The translations under genes and the position numbers were made by a program. A model generated the notes under the pieces. That model was not told where the DNA came from, searched no databases, and saw nothing but the letters and a program-made list of their open reading frames with translations. Below, one piece after another: positions 23,573 to 34,927 of a stretch of 49,151 bases of DNA. Source of the DNA: Octopus bimaculoides (lineage: Eukaryota); contig NC_069004.1 in the NCBI RefSeq assembly GCF_001194135.2, positions 1,222,651-1,271,801 of the forward strand. The letters are read 5' to 3'. Numbering within the stretch: position 1 is the stretch's first letter; each line of letters begins with the position of its first letter.

Positions 23573-23708
23573 CAGGCATGGGCAACCTCTTTCGAGAAGC
23601 GGGCCGCATGAGACATAGCTGGGCCGCACTACTAAAAAAATTCAATGTAATTTTTCGTTTAGGCGCACCATTCAGAAAGTCCCGCGGGCCGCAGGTTTTC
23701 CATGACTG
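23573..23708. mobile_element. hAT (Charlie-like) MITE
   Basis: CAGGCATGGGCAACCT ... AGGTTTTCCATGACTG (13/16 inverted match), internal GGGCCGC motifs, and degenerate 8-bp flanks TATTATAT / GACTAAAT (5/8). Confidence 0.65.
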
Positions 23709-25379
23709 GACTAAATGGCTCTTATACAAAACAAAAAAAAAGGGGGGGGGCATAGCCACAGCTGGATTGCTTTTGTTCATAGATTAGCCAAATCAGGGCT
23801 CAGCTGGAATTTAAAAGCAGCCCCTACGAAGCGCTAGGCTGCTGCATTCCTGCTGTATAATTATCATATTACAATCCTTTATATTTTTCATGTCTGCCGC
23901 ATAACGTAGACGTCCAGAAGGACGAAAACCTAAGCCGGATAGAAAGAAAGTAATTGACAACTTTTTAAGCAAATTCAAAAGTCTTCGTTATTTTGCTGTT
24001 GTTAAATCGATAATAAAAAACGGTTGTTTTAAATAGGTGCGTTCTTGTAAAATTATTGAAGCTTGCCATCTTGGAATTTTTGCTTATAGACTTCAATTTT
24101 TTTTTACTTCTTTCAGTCATTGGACTGCAATCATGCTGGGGCATCACTTTAGAGGGGGAAAAATCGATTCCAGTACTTATTTTTTTTAAAAGCCTGGCAG
24201 CTATTCTATCGGTCTTCTTTGCCGGACTGCTATGGTACGAGGATGTAACAAAAAACAATCCTAGTTGAGAAGCAGTAGTGGGGAATACACACAATATATA
24301 TAAATGTGAGAATTTAAATTAATCACAATGGAATCTGCAAACTAACAGACAAATATTAGTGCAATTGAATTTTGAAAATTTTAAATCGGTTTCAAATGAG
24401 GACCGCCTCCTACTCGATGTAATTAACTTCGGTACCATGCAATCTCGTATATAATGCGACCCACCCCATCACGTTCCGTAGTTACAAATTAGTAATAGAT
24501 TTTATCTTTTTTTTTTTTTTCTTACACTAGAATATAATGTCACATCCACCCACAAGTATTTTGTGTTAAATTTCTCAGTTATAAACGAATTACTGTATTT
24601 ATTCGTGAATAAATCACCCCCACCATCGTAGTTTAGTGTTAAATTTTGGTACAATTATTTTTCCTCTCATAGTTTTAGCTTTGCCCCGCGTATAAGCCGC
24701 ACCCCAGTTTTTCACTTAAAAAAATTAAGAATAAAATAGTGTTAGCTATACATTAGTAAATACGAAAGGGTAGTGAAAAATCCCATGTTTTATTCAGTAA
24801 CGGAAAAGGAAATAAATGGGAGGAAAAGAAACCCCCAGCTAAGGTTTAATTCAGTTTCTTAATTGGAATTTAATTGGACAGAATTTAATCTGGAACGAAA
24901 ATAAGATGAACCATGCTAATTACCCAGCTGTAATATTCAAATTTAATTCATAATATATTTCTGTAATTCCCGACGATTGTATAATAAATAAAAGTTAAGC
25001 AAAGAACGATATATCGTTCTTCCAGTAATATTTATCATAAAAACACCATTTACATTCCACAACAGGCTTGCATATCGATAATGTAGAGAGAGAGAAAGCA
25101 ACCTGTGTTTACATACAAAGTCCGGAGCCAACGGATATCGATGAAGTACTTTAAGTGGGCGTTCGACCTGCAGGAAATAGCAGTTAAAACTATCTCAAGC
25201 TTAAACCTATAATGTAATAATTATAATAATAATAATAAAGACGTGTTGAAAATTGTAGTTCGAGATGAACTTATGTCTGAAATGACAGGATGGTCACGGC
25301 TTTGATATTTTTGATAATCGATACGAAAATAAAAAGCCTATCAAGACTAAGTATTCTAGACTTGAATATATCTTGTGAA

Positions 25380-25381
25380 CA

Positions 25382-25472
<91 letters not shown>
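25380..25472. repeat. (TA)n microsatellite (longest of many)
   Basis: Directly visible. Similar TA/CA/TG/CT/GAT/TAA tracts occur throughout, e.g. 1260-1600, 26375-26413, 34556-34646, 36405-36455 and 46925-47000. Confidence 0.95.
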
Positions 25473-25475
<3 letters not shown>

Positions 25476-26218
25476 TGGATTGAAAAGAACTTCCAAGATT
25501 CGCCACTATGTGTGTGTATGTGTGAGTTGTTAACCCCAGGTCATAAGCAGAACAGCTTAGGCCACACCGTTTGTTGATTTGTTTTCCAACCAATATATAT
25601 CTATGATGACATTATCCAATGTGCCCTTCTCTGTTTTTTTTTTTTAGTGGTGTATGATTCGCGGGGGATTTAGCTGTTACTTGTGGTAGATCGAGCGAAC
25701 ACATCGGCTCCTTCGTTGTCTCTTTTTGTGAGTGTGCATGCATGTGGCTTATATATATGTGTGTGTGTGTGGCATACCTTTACAAGTGTGTCTCCCGATT
25801 TTGTTCTGTAGATTGTTTTAATATACATTTCGTTTGGAAAAACATTTTCACCACAAATTCCGATATAGTGGGAATCTACACCATCTGAAGAGTATTTGTA
25901 GATTTCATTAAGAAAATACTAATTTTTCTGTGAGTTTTGAGGAAACAAAGTACGTAGGGGGGAAGGGCACTAGTGTAGGTATGCCTGTGTGTATTTATAA
26001 ATTAATAATAATATATATAAGATATACATACACACGCCGCGCGTTACATAGGGCAACCAGAGTTCAGTATTGTATATACAAGATAATAAGGCAATCTGAT
26101 TTTAAGAATATGCACACAAAGTTTGGAGAGGTCGGAATGTTAAAAATGGTACATACAAGCTATATTGTCACCAGCATATATATAAATATTACGAGTCAGC
26201 GTTCACAATTGTGTATGA

Positions 26219-26258
<40 letters not shown>

Positions 26259-26370
26259 ATATTAGGTTACATTAGTCAGACGATGTATACAAAGGAAGAT
26301 GAGATGTGAAAAAGAGAAAGTGTATGTTTACAGAAAACACTGTCGGCAAATGTGTATGTTTAGATAAAAG

Positions 26371-26416
<46 letters not shown>

Positions 26417-26819
26417 TATTAAACAATAAAGCTTTCGTTATAAAATGCTGGGTTAGATTAAAAGAGACATTAAACTTCGAACGTGACTGGAGGGAGTAAA
26501 CTAATATGAAATATTTTTAAAGTTGTAAATGCAATCACGTTGGTCGTTCCGTTCTGAGTCACAGATATTTAAATACAGCAAATCGATCATAATTATAACT
26601 GGTATGTAATAAATACTTACCTAAATCTGTAATTATATATATGTATATATATTATCTCCATTCATATTTTGTTGTTCACACCAAGGTTATTTATTCTATG
26701 ACATGACGACGAAGAGCAGCGACTAAGCCCTTGTAAGAGACAACACTATCAAACCTTGCACCAACACTTGCACTGGTTACACGCAGAACACACACGCACA
26801 CACTATCACGCTAACAAAA

Positions 26820-26945
26820 CAGTGACGTTTCACACTGCAACAGGTGACGTTATACACCGACAAGTAACAGTTGGCGCCACCTAGCCTGGCGCTTGTTTAT
26901 AATGTGTATGTGTGACGTCATTGGCAATGTCAGGTCACATTGGAG
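26820..26945. promoter_or_regulatory. Candidate regulatory cluster (CRE sites, CTCF-like motif, reverse CCAAT)
   Basis: TGACGT at 26823 and 26845, full TGACGTCA at 26913-26920, AGGCTAGGTGGCGC on the minus strand (26874-26887, 11/14 to the CTCF core), ATTGG twice. A strong minus-strand donor AG|GTAAGTA lies at 26619-26620. Confidence 0.35.
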
Positions 26946-28799
26946 AGAAGCAATAATAGTGTTCTCGGCTATTATTGTTAGCTGAAGTAAACACAGTCCC
27001 TATTTTTTTATTCCTTGTATGCGTATGTCACCACTTTGGCATTAGGAGTATCAAGAAATACTCCGATGTCACGTATGCATATTGACTCTAGTTTTCAACC
27101 AGAGGAAGCATTATAAATATACACTCGCAGAAACACACACGTATACATATATATACATATATACAGATAATAATAATAACACCAACATTATTAGCCAAGT
27201 TTATGGTTTTGTTGAAACAAGTGTTACGTCAGTGACCAAACACAGAACCAGAACAATATTGCTGCTGTTTAGAGACACATTACCATGTAAACCAATCTTG
27301 CTGATATTCACAATCACACCGAACTCCGATTTCGTCTCCTAACTTTCACATTTAAGGTGGCTGCATCTGTCTTTTATACACAAAATGGTAAGAAATCATT
27401 TCCTTATTATTTAATATTGTCAAGAAAGTTGTTGTTATTGTTGTTGCTTAGCTCCAGCCCGATCAATCGTCAGCGACCAAACAGCCAAACCAAGGATCGA
27501 ACACATTTTAATCGTGAAACCGTGGACTTTATTTTATTTTGTTTTATTTGCATATATTTCTGCTATTATATTATCAACTGTGTCCTTTCGTATTTTAATT
27601 ATTTTTTCTGTAAGATGGTGGAATATCATCTGAGGGAGATTTGGCTGCTATTTCTAGCTGGTCGATTAATTATAATCATGTTGTCATTTGATATTTAACC
27701 GTCAAGTTAAAAATATTAATATTAAATGACAAAATGATTTGGTTGTATTTGCTGGTACTTTTTATGTCTTATGGACATAGAGAAAGTTCCAATAAGATCA
27801 TTCCTGCAACTGCACCATCGTGGACACTACAACAAGAAGGCATCAGTTATGGTCGATTGGACTTTGTGATCAAGGGCGTTCCACTTGTAAACATTCCATC
27901 CGTCGGGGTGGGCATTATCTATTAAGACAGCGGGATGTGTTTTTTTTTTGGGGGGGGGGGTAACTTGGCTTCTATTTCCAGCAAGCCTAAGCTCCATCCT
28001 TGTTGTTTCTTTTCATACCCCGTAGCCCGCAACATCATCTCAAACAACAGCAACATCAATTATTTTAATGTTTTGGCTGTATGTGTGTGTATATATATAT
28101 ATATATATAGATATATAGATATAGATATTTATGAATCCACTTATAAGTTGTAAGTCTAATTGTTTTGTTACATAGACACACAAAGCAATTACATTGCTCG
28201 ATCTTCGAGAAAGAGTATACGTAATCAAACCACAGTACCAGTAATTTATTCGTCTGACATAAATAATTGTCTTTATAGTTCTGGCACTCATTTTTCATGC
28301 TAAACGGTATGTGTCGATTCCGAAAATGATTCCTTGTATTAATAGCTAATTATTTTTACTCTACTTGTGACTAAAATAACTCGGTGACAAGACATCCAAG
28401 GGCAGTCCTGAAATATTCCATCATTCATATTGTACAGAAATATATAACTATTTGGTTGTATTTGCTGGTGCTTTTCTTGTATTATTGACAAACCAAAAGT
28501 TCGAATAAGATGGTTTCTGCTGCTGCACCACCGTTGCCATTCTGGCAAGACGACGGTTATGTTAATGTTGCGAAATAGGAGAGAGTCATCGTCCTGCGAG
28601 TCCGAGTGGATTCCAAATGGATGTTAGAGTTAAGGAGAGTTATATCGGATCGCATTGTTTGTATGCATGCATGCATGTATGATGGCCTGTAAAAAGCAAA
28701 CAAATCCGAATAACCTGACATTCACTTTTGGTCCTTGTTTATATATGTGGTGGTGTTAGTTTAGAAATAATATAAATATATATTAATATAATATTTCTC

Positions 28800-29012
28800 C
28801 TGGAGGCAGCAGAAGCTAGCAGAACCATTACCACACCAGGTAAGATGCTTTGTGACGTTTTGTCTGTCTTTACGTTCTGAGGTCAACTCTGTCTTTCATA
28901 CATCTAGGGTATCGATAAAATAAGTACCAGTTGTGTACTGGGGAGGTCAATTTAATCAACCAATGCCCTCTCCTGGCATTGCTGGCCTTGTGCCAAAATT
29001 TGAAACCAATAT
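28800..29012 (+). mobile_element. SINE family B copy
   Basis: GCAGAACCATTA...TTTACGTTCTGAG...GATAAAATAAGTACCAGTTG...GGCCTTGTGCC. Confidence 0.7.
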
Positions 29013-29289
29013 TATGTTTCTCCTAAACAAGGAAATGGAAACAGATTCCTGGTTATAATGTTAGTCTTTTATTTTATTATAATCCAGGATGGTTTATTGG
29101 AATATTAAATTTACATGTGTACTGTACTGCTACTTCACTTTATTGGTCTTGGTTGGTTGAAAGGTCAACTCAGACCATAATGGACAGTAAATATGAGGTT
29201 GACACTAAAAATAATGCAAAAGTCTACAAAACCTATTATTTCTCTTAACTGACATAGGTTGTTCGGATTGCATATGTTGGTAAAGTAAT

Positions 29290-29420
29290 TCTTCCACCAT
29301 ACGAATGTATTGCTCCACATAGTCTCCATCACAAGCAATCCATATGCACCATTGCTGAACCCAACCTTTAACAAAATTGACAACCTTGATAGCCACGTTC
29401 AGGACATTTCTCATTTTCAG
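29290..29420 (-). pseudogene. hAT transposase relic
   Basis: LKMRNVLNVAIKVVNFVK resembles the LKMxxVxxVVVKxVNFI segment of SPIN/Charlie-type hAT transposases. The downstream RW motif is not clearly recoverable. Confidence 0.4.
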
Positions 29421-29444
29421 TAGGTAAGGTTCTGGCAGTGTGTA

Positions 29445-29677
29445 CCTGCAGACCAAGCATGGCTGGAGCTCCATACCAGTGACACGTAAACACACTCGTG
29501 CTGGTGCTGCATAAAAGCACCGAGTACACTCTGTAAAGTGGTTGACATTAGGAAGGGCATTCAGCTGTAGAAACCATGCCAAAACAGACATGGAACCTGG
29601 GCAGCTCTTCAGCTGGCCAGTTCCAGCCGAACCATCCAACCCATGACAGCCAGCATGGGAAATGGATGTTAAATGAT
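29445..29677 (+). mobile_element. Older RTE-type tail SINE copy
   Basis: AAAAGCACC..TGGTTGACATTAGGAAGGGCATTCAGC..CCAACCCATG..CAGCATGG..GTTAAATGATGATG. Related copies at 13312-13500(-), 17611-17665(+), 6053-6110(+) and 32385-32461(+). Confidence 0.7.
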
Positions 29678-30086
29678 GATGATGTACTTTCCTATTATTG
29701 TCAGCCAAATTTTTTATTTACTACCAAATTCTTGCCCAGGTTTTGGCTCTTTTCCTTCTCCATTCTAACAATCCACCAATCAGGTCTTTCACCCATCATA
29801 TAAATGTAAGAGTTTATTTACTAATCCTTCAATAAATAATTAACTGTGGCTGTTGATGATAAGAAAATACCATATAAAAAAAGCTATGGCCATTTTCGCC
29901 CTACTTTTGGTACAGGCCTCATAAATATCACAGAGTCTAGCACTATAATGAATGGTTCTGCCTGTTCACTGCTTGTGTTCTCTCTCTGATTGTTCAGAAA
30001 TACTTTACTCTTCTTGTCTAAAAGCAGATTCTATTTTCTGTGTTTGTCAGCTGTTGCATTCTATTCTTAAATATAATGACAACGCT

Positions 30087-30274
30087 TCATCATCATCATC
30101 ATCATCATCATCGTTTAACGTCCGCTTTCCATGCTAGCATGGGTTGGACGATTTGACTGAGGACTGGTGAAACCGGATGGCAACACCAGGCTCCAATCTA
30201 ATTTGGCAGAGTTTCTACAGCTGGATGCCCTTCCTAACGCCAACCACTCAGAGAGTGTAGTGGGTGCTTTTACG
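30087..30274 (-). mobile_element. Young RTE-type tail copy, runs into an assembly gap
   Basis: Identical over about 160 bp to 32469-32629, with a (CAT)n tail on the plus strand. Confidence 0.8.
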
Positions 30275-31177
30275 NNNNNNNNNNNNNNNNNNNNNNNNNN
30301 NNNNNNNNNNNNNNNNNNNNNNNNNNNNNNNNNNNNNNNNNNNNNNNNNNNNNNNNNNNNNNNNNNNNNNNNNNNNNNNNNNNNNNNNNNNNNNNNNNNN
30401 NNNNNNNNNNNNNNNNNNNNNNNNNNNNNNNNNNNNNNNNNNNNNNNNNNNNNNNNNNNNNNNNNNNNNNNNNNNNNNNNNNNNNNNNNNNNNNNNNNNN
30501 NNNNNNNNNNNNNNNNNNNNNNNNNNNNNNNNNNNNNNNNNNNNNNNNNNNNNNNNNNNNNNNNNNNNNNNNNNNNNNNNNNNNNNNNNNNNNNNNNNNN
30601 NNNNNNNNNNNNNNNNNNNNNNNNNNNNNNNNNNNNNNNNNNNNNNNNNNNNNNNNNNNNNNNNNNNNNNNNNNNNNNNNNNNNNNNNNNNNNNNNNNNN
30701 NNNNNNNNNNNNNNNNNNNNNNNNNNNNNNNNNNNNNNNNNNNNNNNNNNNNNNNNNNNNNNNNNNNNNNNNNNNNNNNNNNNNNNNNNNNNNNNNNNNN
30801 NNNNNNNNNNNNNNNNNNNNNNNNNNNNNNNNNNNNNNNNNNNNNNNNNNNNNNNNNNNNNNNNNNNNNNNNNNNNNNNNNNNAAAAGTTTCCCTTAAAT
30901 ACAAAAGCGTAAAAAACAAAAACAAAGCAAAACAATAAATAAAAATAAATAAATGAAATTTAAATTTCACCGAATTGGAAATGAAAACAAACAAGAAGTT
31001 TTATCTTAAAACTAAACAATGAGATAAAATATCAATTGTTGGTTTCCTTCATTTTGCTGATTAAATTCCGTTATCTCGAGTTTCCTTGTCACACGAGACC
31101 AATGTCTTCTACTTCATGCTGTGTTCTGTTCTCCTATTTCTAAGACATTAGTTTGCATCAATTTTAATAGTCTGCAT

Positions 31178-31308
31178 AGGTGTAGGCTTGGCTGTGTGTT
31201 TAACAAGTGCACTTGCAGCCATGTCGTTTTGGGTTCAGTCCCACCGTGCTGCATCTGGGACGAGTATCTTCTGTTGTAGCCCTGGGCTGACCAAAGCCTT
31301 GTGAATAG
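31178..31308 (+). mobile_element. SINE family A copy (3' truncated)
   Basis: GGCTGTGTG...GGGTTCAGTCCCAC...GGGCTGACCAAAGCCTTGTGAAT. Confidence 0.65.
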
Positions 31309-31329
31309 AAAATTAATGCACTGGCCCTC

Positions 31330-31545
31330 AAGTATTTATTAACAGCAAGCCACAGCGTAGGTAGATTAGAAATGAGCCCTTAGTCTTGTGAGACCCTAGG
31401 CAAATCAGTGCGCTGGGTCCTATAATATTTATATATTGACAGCAAGCCACAACATACAGAGATTAGAAATGGGCTCTGGACCCATGAGGCCCCTAAACTC
31501 ATGAGTACTCTGAGCCCCATGGTATTTATTAACAACAAGCCCCGT
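31330..31545. repeat. Diverged tandem repeat, about 95 bp unit, 2.5 copies
   Basis: TATTTAT..AC(A/G)CAAGCC recurs with A(G/A)CAAGCC at 31344, 31441 and 31534. GATTAGAAATG recurs in copies 1 and 2. Confidence 0.65.
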
Positions 31546-31924
31546 GAGCAACTGCTCGATGTGTCCTTGCCTGAAGATGGCGCTGCTTACTTCACAACTC
31601 CATTATCTCTCCTCTGGCCTTGCTTATGACTTCCTGTTCCTTAGATGTCATGTGACATGCAACATAAAGTGTCAAATGCAAAAATTCCACTTCATGTTTT
31701 AGAACAATGCTATTTTAATGAAACATGTCATCCTTATCTCAGTTTGACAATTGTCTTCCTTCATACTTAACAAAAGGGGAAGATAAACTTATCATGTGGT
31801 ATTATGAGTACTTGTGGTATCTTTTATCTCTTGTTTATTTCAAGTTGTTGGAATGTGGCCATGCTGGAGCACCACGTGGATGGGTTTACTCGAACAAGTT
31901 GACTTCAGTACTTCATTTTACACT

Positions 31925-32075
31925 TTCTGACAAGATTCCCAAGTGTGACTCACTGAGGCTGTGAATATTATCCGACCATCTCATTCTTGGTCAACCCCTA
32001 CATCTCCTGCCAGTTGGCTTGTCTTCAAGAACCCATCTTGTGACCCCCCCACCTTTCCCTCTGTCGTAGACACCA
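31925..32075 (-). mobile_element. Decayed RTE-clade LINE ORF2 C-terminus
   Basis: The minus strand reads VTRWVLEDKPTGRRCRG*PRMRWSDNIHSLSESHLGI, matching the PTGRRPRGRPRTRWxD...LGI motif. Confidence 0.65.
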
Positions 32076-32184
32076 GGAATTGTCACCAGAACCTACTCTC
32101 GTCACTCAGAACAGCTCCCCAGGTTTTATACACACACAGACATCTCTCCTCAATACATCAGCTGAGGCCTTTATCACTCAGTAT

Positions 32185-32354
32185 TCTGCTTCCCATTGTG
32201 CCTCTGTTTCCCATTGTGCCTCTGTTTCCCATTGTGCCTCTGCTTCCCATTGTGCCTCTGTTTCCCATTGTGCCTCTGTTTCCCATTGTGCCTCTGCTTC
32301 CCATTGTGCCTCTGTTTCCCATTGTGCCTCTGCTTTCCATTGTGCCTCTGCTTC
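32185..32354. repeat. 18-bp minisatellite, about 9.5 copies
   Basis: Unit (C/T)TTCCCATTGTGCCTCTG tandemly repeated. Translates as SHCAS(V/A) or, on the other strand, RGTMG(N/S). Confidence 0.95.
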
Positions 32355-32468
32355 TCAACGTGCTACTGTCATAAATGATCATCATCATCTTGCCAGCTGT
32401 GGTCAAACTGTCCAACCCATGACAGTATGAACAACAAACGTTAAATGATGATGATGGTGATGATTAAT

Positions 32469-32627
32469 CATCATCATCATCATCATCGTTTAACGTCCGC
32501 TTTCCATGCTAGCATGGGTTGGACGATTTGACTGAGGACTGGTGAAACCGGATGGCAACACCAGGCTCCAATCTAATTTGGCAGAGTTTCTACAGCTGGA
32601 TGCCCTTCCTAACGCCAACCACTCAGA
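32469..32627 (-). mobile_element. Young 5'-truncated RTE-type 3' tail (SINE/LINE) insertion with target-site duplication
   Basis: Reverse complement reads TGGTTGGCGTTAGGAAGGGCATCCAGC...ACGTTAAAC(GAT)n. It is flanked by GATTAAT at 32462-32468 and 32628-32634 and is identical to the copy at about 30091-30254. Confidence 0.85.
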
Positions 32628-32728
32628 GATTAATATGGATTTTATTTCAGTGATGTTTGTTCATGGTGTTAACTGTTTGTTGCTCATTTAATTTTAGGGG
32701 TTACAGCACCTTACTAATTGATTACAAG

Positions 32729-32874
32729 ATGGGCCAGAATCAGAGCATTCCAGAAGCTGTCAGTTACCTTGGTATTGTCCAAGGCAAACTGACCAAGCAT
32801 CTTGATATTATAAAGAAAACTGCTATCCTTACATATGAAGAATTTTTAGATTCTGTTAATGAGCTCAATAGAAC
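32729..32874 (+). CDS. RNF141: RING finger protein 141, coding exon 1
   Basis: MGQNQSIPEAVSYLGIVQGKLTKHLDIIKKTAILTYEEFLDSVNELNR resembles the RNF141 N-terminus (MGQQIS...LTYEEFLGRVAELN). MGxxxS fits a myristoylation motif. Acceptor TTTTAG| ends at 32697; donor AC|GTAAGT, phase 2. Confidence 0.93.
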
Positions 32875-33079
32875 GTAAGTATATATATTTCGTTGGTGTG
32901 TTTATTTCTTTTATTGATGTAGTCTTTATAGGATATTTTTGTGCAACAGGTGATCAGTATGCAGTCTATGATGATGCAAAGTGCCGAGGCCTAGGAAGAA
33001 CTGGTATATTTATAGGTTGAATGCTTTCTTTTTCTTTTCTGTTGGCCAAAGGTGGTACTTGTGGGTACCCTAATCAAAT

Positions 33080-33360
33080 ACTGTTTGAATTTGTTTTGAT
33101 ACATCCACACTTCAATTTGCATCTCCAGTCTGCAACCTCCATCTAGTCCAGAATATTGACCTGTAGGAAGTGGTCCAGAGACGTGCAACCAAACAACTGC
33201 CCTCTCTCAGTAACTTACCATATCTGGAATGGATTGCTTCTCTGGGCAATCCATTCACCATCTTGCAACTGACTTGCTAAAAGTCTACAAGATTATCCAC
33301 TGTCTTTGGTTACCATTTTGGAATTCAATACAGTTTATAAATCTTCTTGATGAGGCCTAA
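33080..33360 (+). mobile_element. Decayed CR1-group LINE fragment in RNF141 intron
   Basis: QFASPVCNLHLVQNIDL*EVVQRRATKQLPSLSNLPYLEWIASL and DLLKVYKII match the CR1 ORF2 C-terminal motifs VQRRATK, YEERL and DLIxxYKI. Confidence 0.75.
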
Positions 33361-33626
33361 CATGGGTGGATCTAAATAACAACAGCCACACAAGCCAAAG
33401 AGGGAAGCTTTTATACAGCCTGTTGATTTAGCTAGAAACAACAACCAAATCACACTCAAATCACATCCTGACATCCTAAAGAACACAATGGTTAGATATG
33501 GAAGTATTTTGGATAGTCATGTCCGGAATGGCTTTGAATTCATTGGTCTGCCTCATGAGGATTGATCTAGAGCTAACAATAATAACCAAATCAATGATTT
33601 TCATCTGAAGTTTTTTCTGTTTGCAG

Positions 33627-33735
33627 TACAGCTGGGTTTGCTGATCGCAAAGGCAAACAGTTGCGTTTTTCTGTCTGCATCGGAACTGATGACACACTTT
33701 TATGGAAGGGCACAGTGCGCATTCGATGTCAGAAG
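33627..33735 (+). CDS. RNF141: RNF141 coding exon 2
   Basis: TTTTCTGTTTGCAG| acceptor, AAG|GTAAG donor. Reads TAGFADRKGKQLRFSVCIGTDDTLLWKGTVRIRCQK, comparable to human [26 protein letters not shown]. Confidence 0.9.
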
Positions 33736-33792
33736 GTAAGACAGCAAACATAATTTCTAATTCAGTGTGTGTGTGTGTGTGTGTGCTTATCT

Positions 33793-33935
33793 TACAAGGG
33801 TCTCCTGGAAAATTCATCGGCCAACTGAGATACTCCCATGGAATGTGGCAAAATGAGGTTTAGTTTTCAGCATAGTTCCCCATTTGCGGTCCACACGCTT
33901 CCACCATTGGCTATACAATGCTAGTGTGCATGACC
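33793..33935 (+). mobile_element. Mariner-type element left end, truncated by an assembly gap
   Basis: TACAAGGG..GAAAATTC..GGCC then TTTTCAGCATAGTTCCCC..GCGGTCCACAC, typical of mariner 5' sub-terminal sequence. Recognised by eye only. Confidence 0.4.
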
Positions 33936-34602
33936 NNNNNNNNNNNNNNNNNNNNNNNNNNNNNNNNNNNNNNNNNNNNNNNNNNNNNNNNNNNNNNNNN
34001 NNNNNNNNNNNNNNNNNNNNNNNNNNNNNNNNNNNNNNNNNNNNNNNNNNNNNNNNNNNNNNNNNNNNNNNNNNNNNNNNNNNNNNNNNNNNNNNNNNNN
34101 NNNNNNNNNNNNNNNNNNNNNNNNNNNNNNNNNNNNNNNNNNNNNNNNNNNNNNNNNNNNNNNNNNNNNNNNNNNNNNNNNNNNNNNNNNNNNNNNNNNN
34201 NNNNNNNNNNNNNNNNNNNNNNNNNNNNNNNNNNNNNNNNNNNNNNNNNNNNNNNNNNNNNNNNNNNNNNNNNNNNNNNNNNNNNNNNNNNNNNNNNNNN
34301 NNNNNNNNNNNNNNNNNNNNNNNNNNNNNNNNNNNNNNNNNNNNNNNNNNNNNNNNNNNNNNNNNNNNNNNNNNNNNNNNNNNNNNNNNNNNNNNNNNNN
34401 NNNNNNNNNNNNNNNNNNNNNNNNNNNNNNNNNNNNNNNNNNNNNNNNNNNNNNNNNNNNNNNNNNNNNNNNNNNNNNNNNNNNNNNNNNNNNNNNNNNN
34501 NNNNNNNNNNNNNNNNNNNTATGTTCAGTGCCCCCCCCCCACCATCTTTGTTATTACTCTCTCTCTCATTCTTTCCCTCTTCTCTCTCTCTCTCTCATTC
34601 TT

Positions 34603-34647
<45 letters not shown>

Positions 34648-34760
34648 CTGTACAATGAGGGATTACACCAGGTAATGGATGGCCACTGCTGCTCTCCTTT
34701 CTCTGATTAAATATTACAAAAAAAAGGGTCCAAAATCTGTTCTCCCCTTTCTATTTGCAG

Positions 34761-34927
34761 ATTAACACCCGTACAATGAAAGTGGAATCTTCCCGTCTTC
34801 TGAACCTGAGGGAGTATGTGTTGCTCTACAAAGAAATCACGGAGCAAATCGCTAGCATGAACCTGAATGATCAGAGTGGGGACTCAGCATCGAGTGGGAC
34901 ATGCTCAGCCTCCCTACTTTTTAAAGA
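34761..34927 (+). CDS. RNF141: RNF141 coding exon 3
   Basis: TTTCTATTTGCAG| acceptor, GA|GTAAGT donor. Reads INTRTMKVESSRLLNLREYVLLYKEITEQ..., comparable to human [27 protein letters not shown]. Confidence 0.92.

Noticed and set aside
29205-29708. 167-aa ORF
   Set aside because: It is a chimera of an antisense SINE and a transposase relic, not a gene.
31961-32430. Repeat proteins (IVPLFP, SHCAS, RGTMG, LCLCFP)
   Set aside because: These are frames through an 18-bp minisatellite. Its regular spacing has no unique spacers, so it is not CRISPR either.
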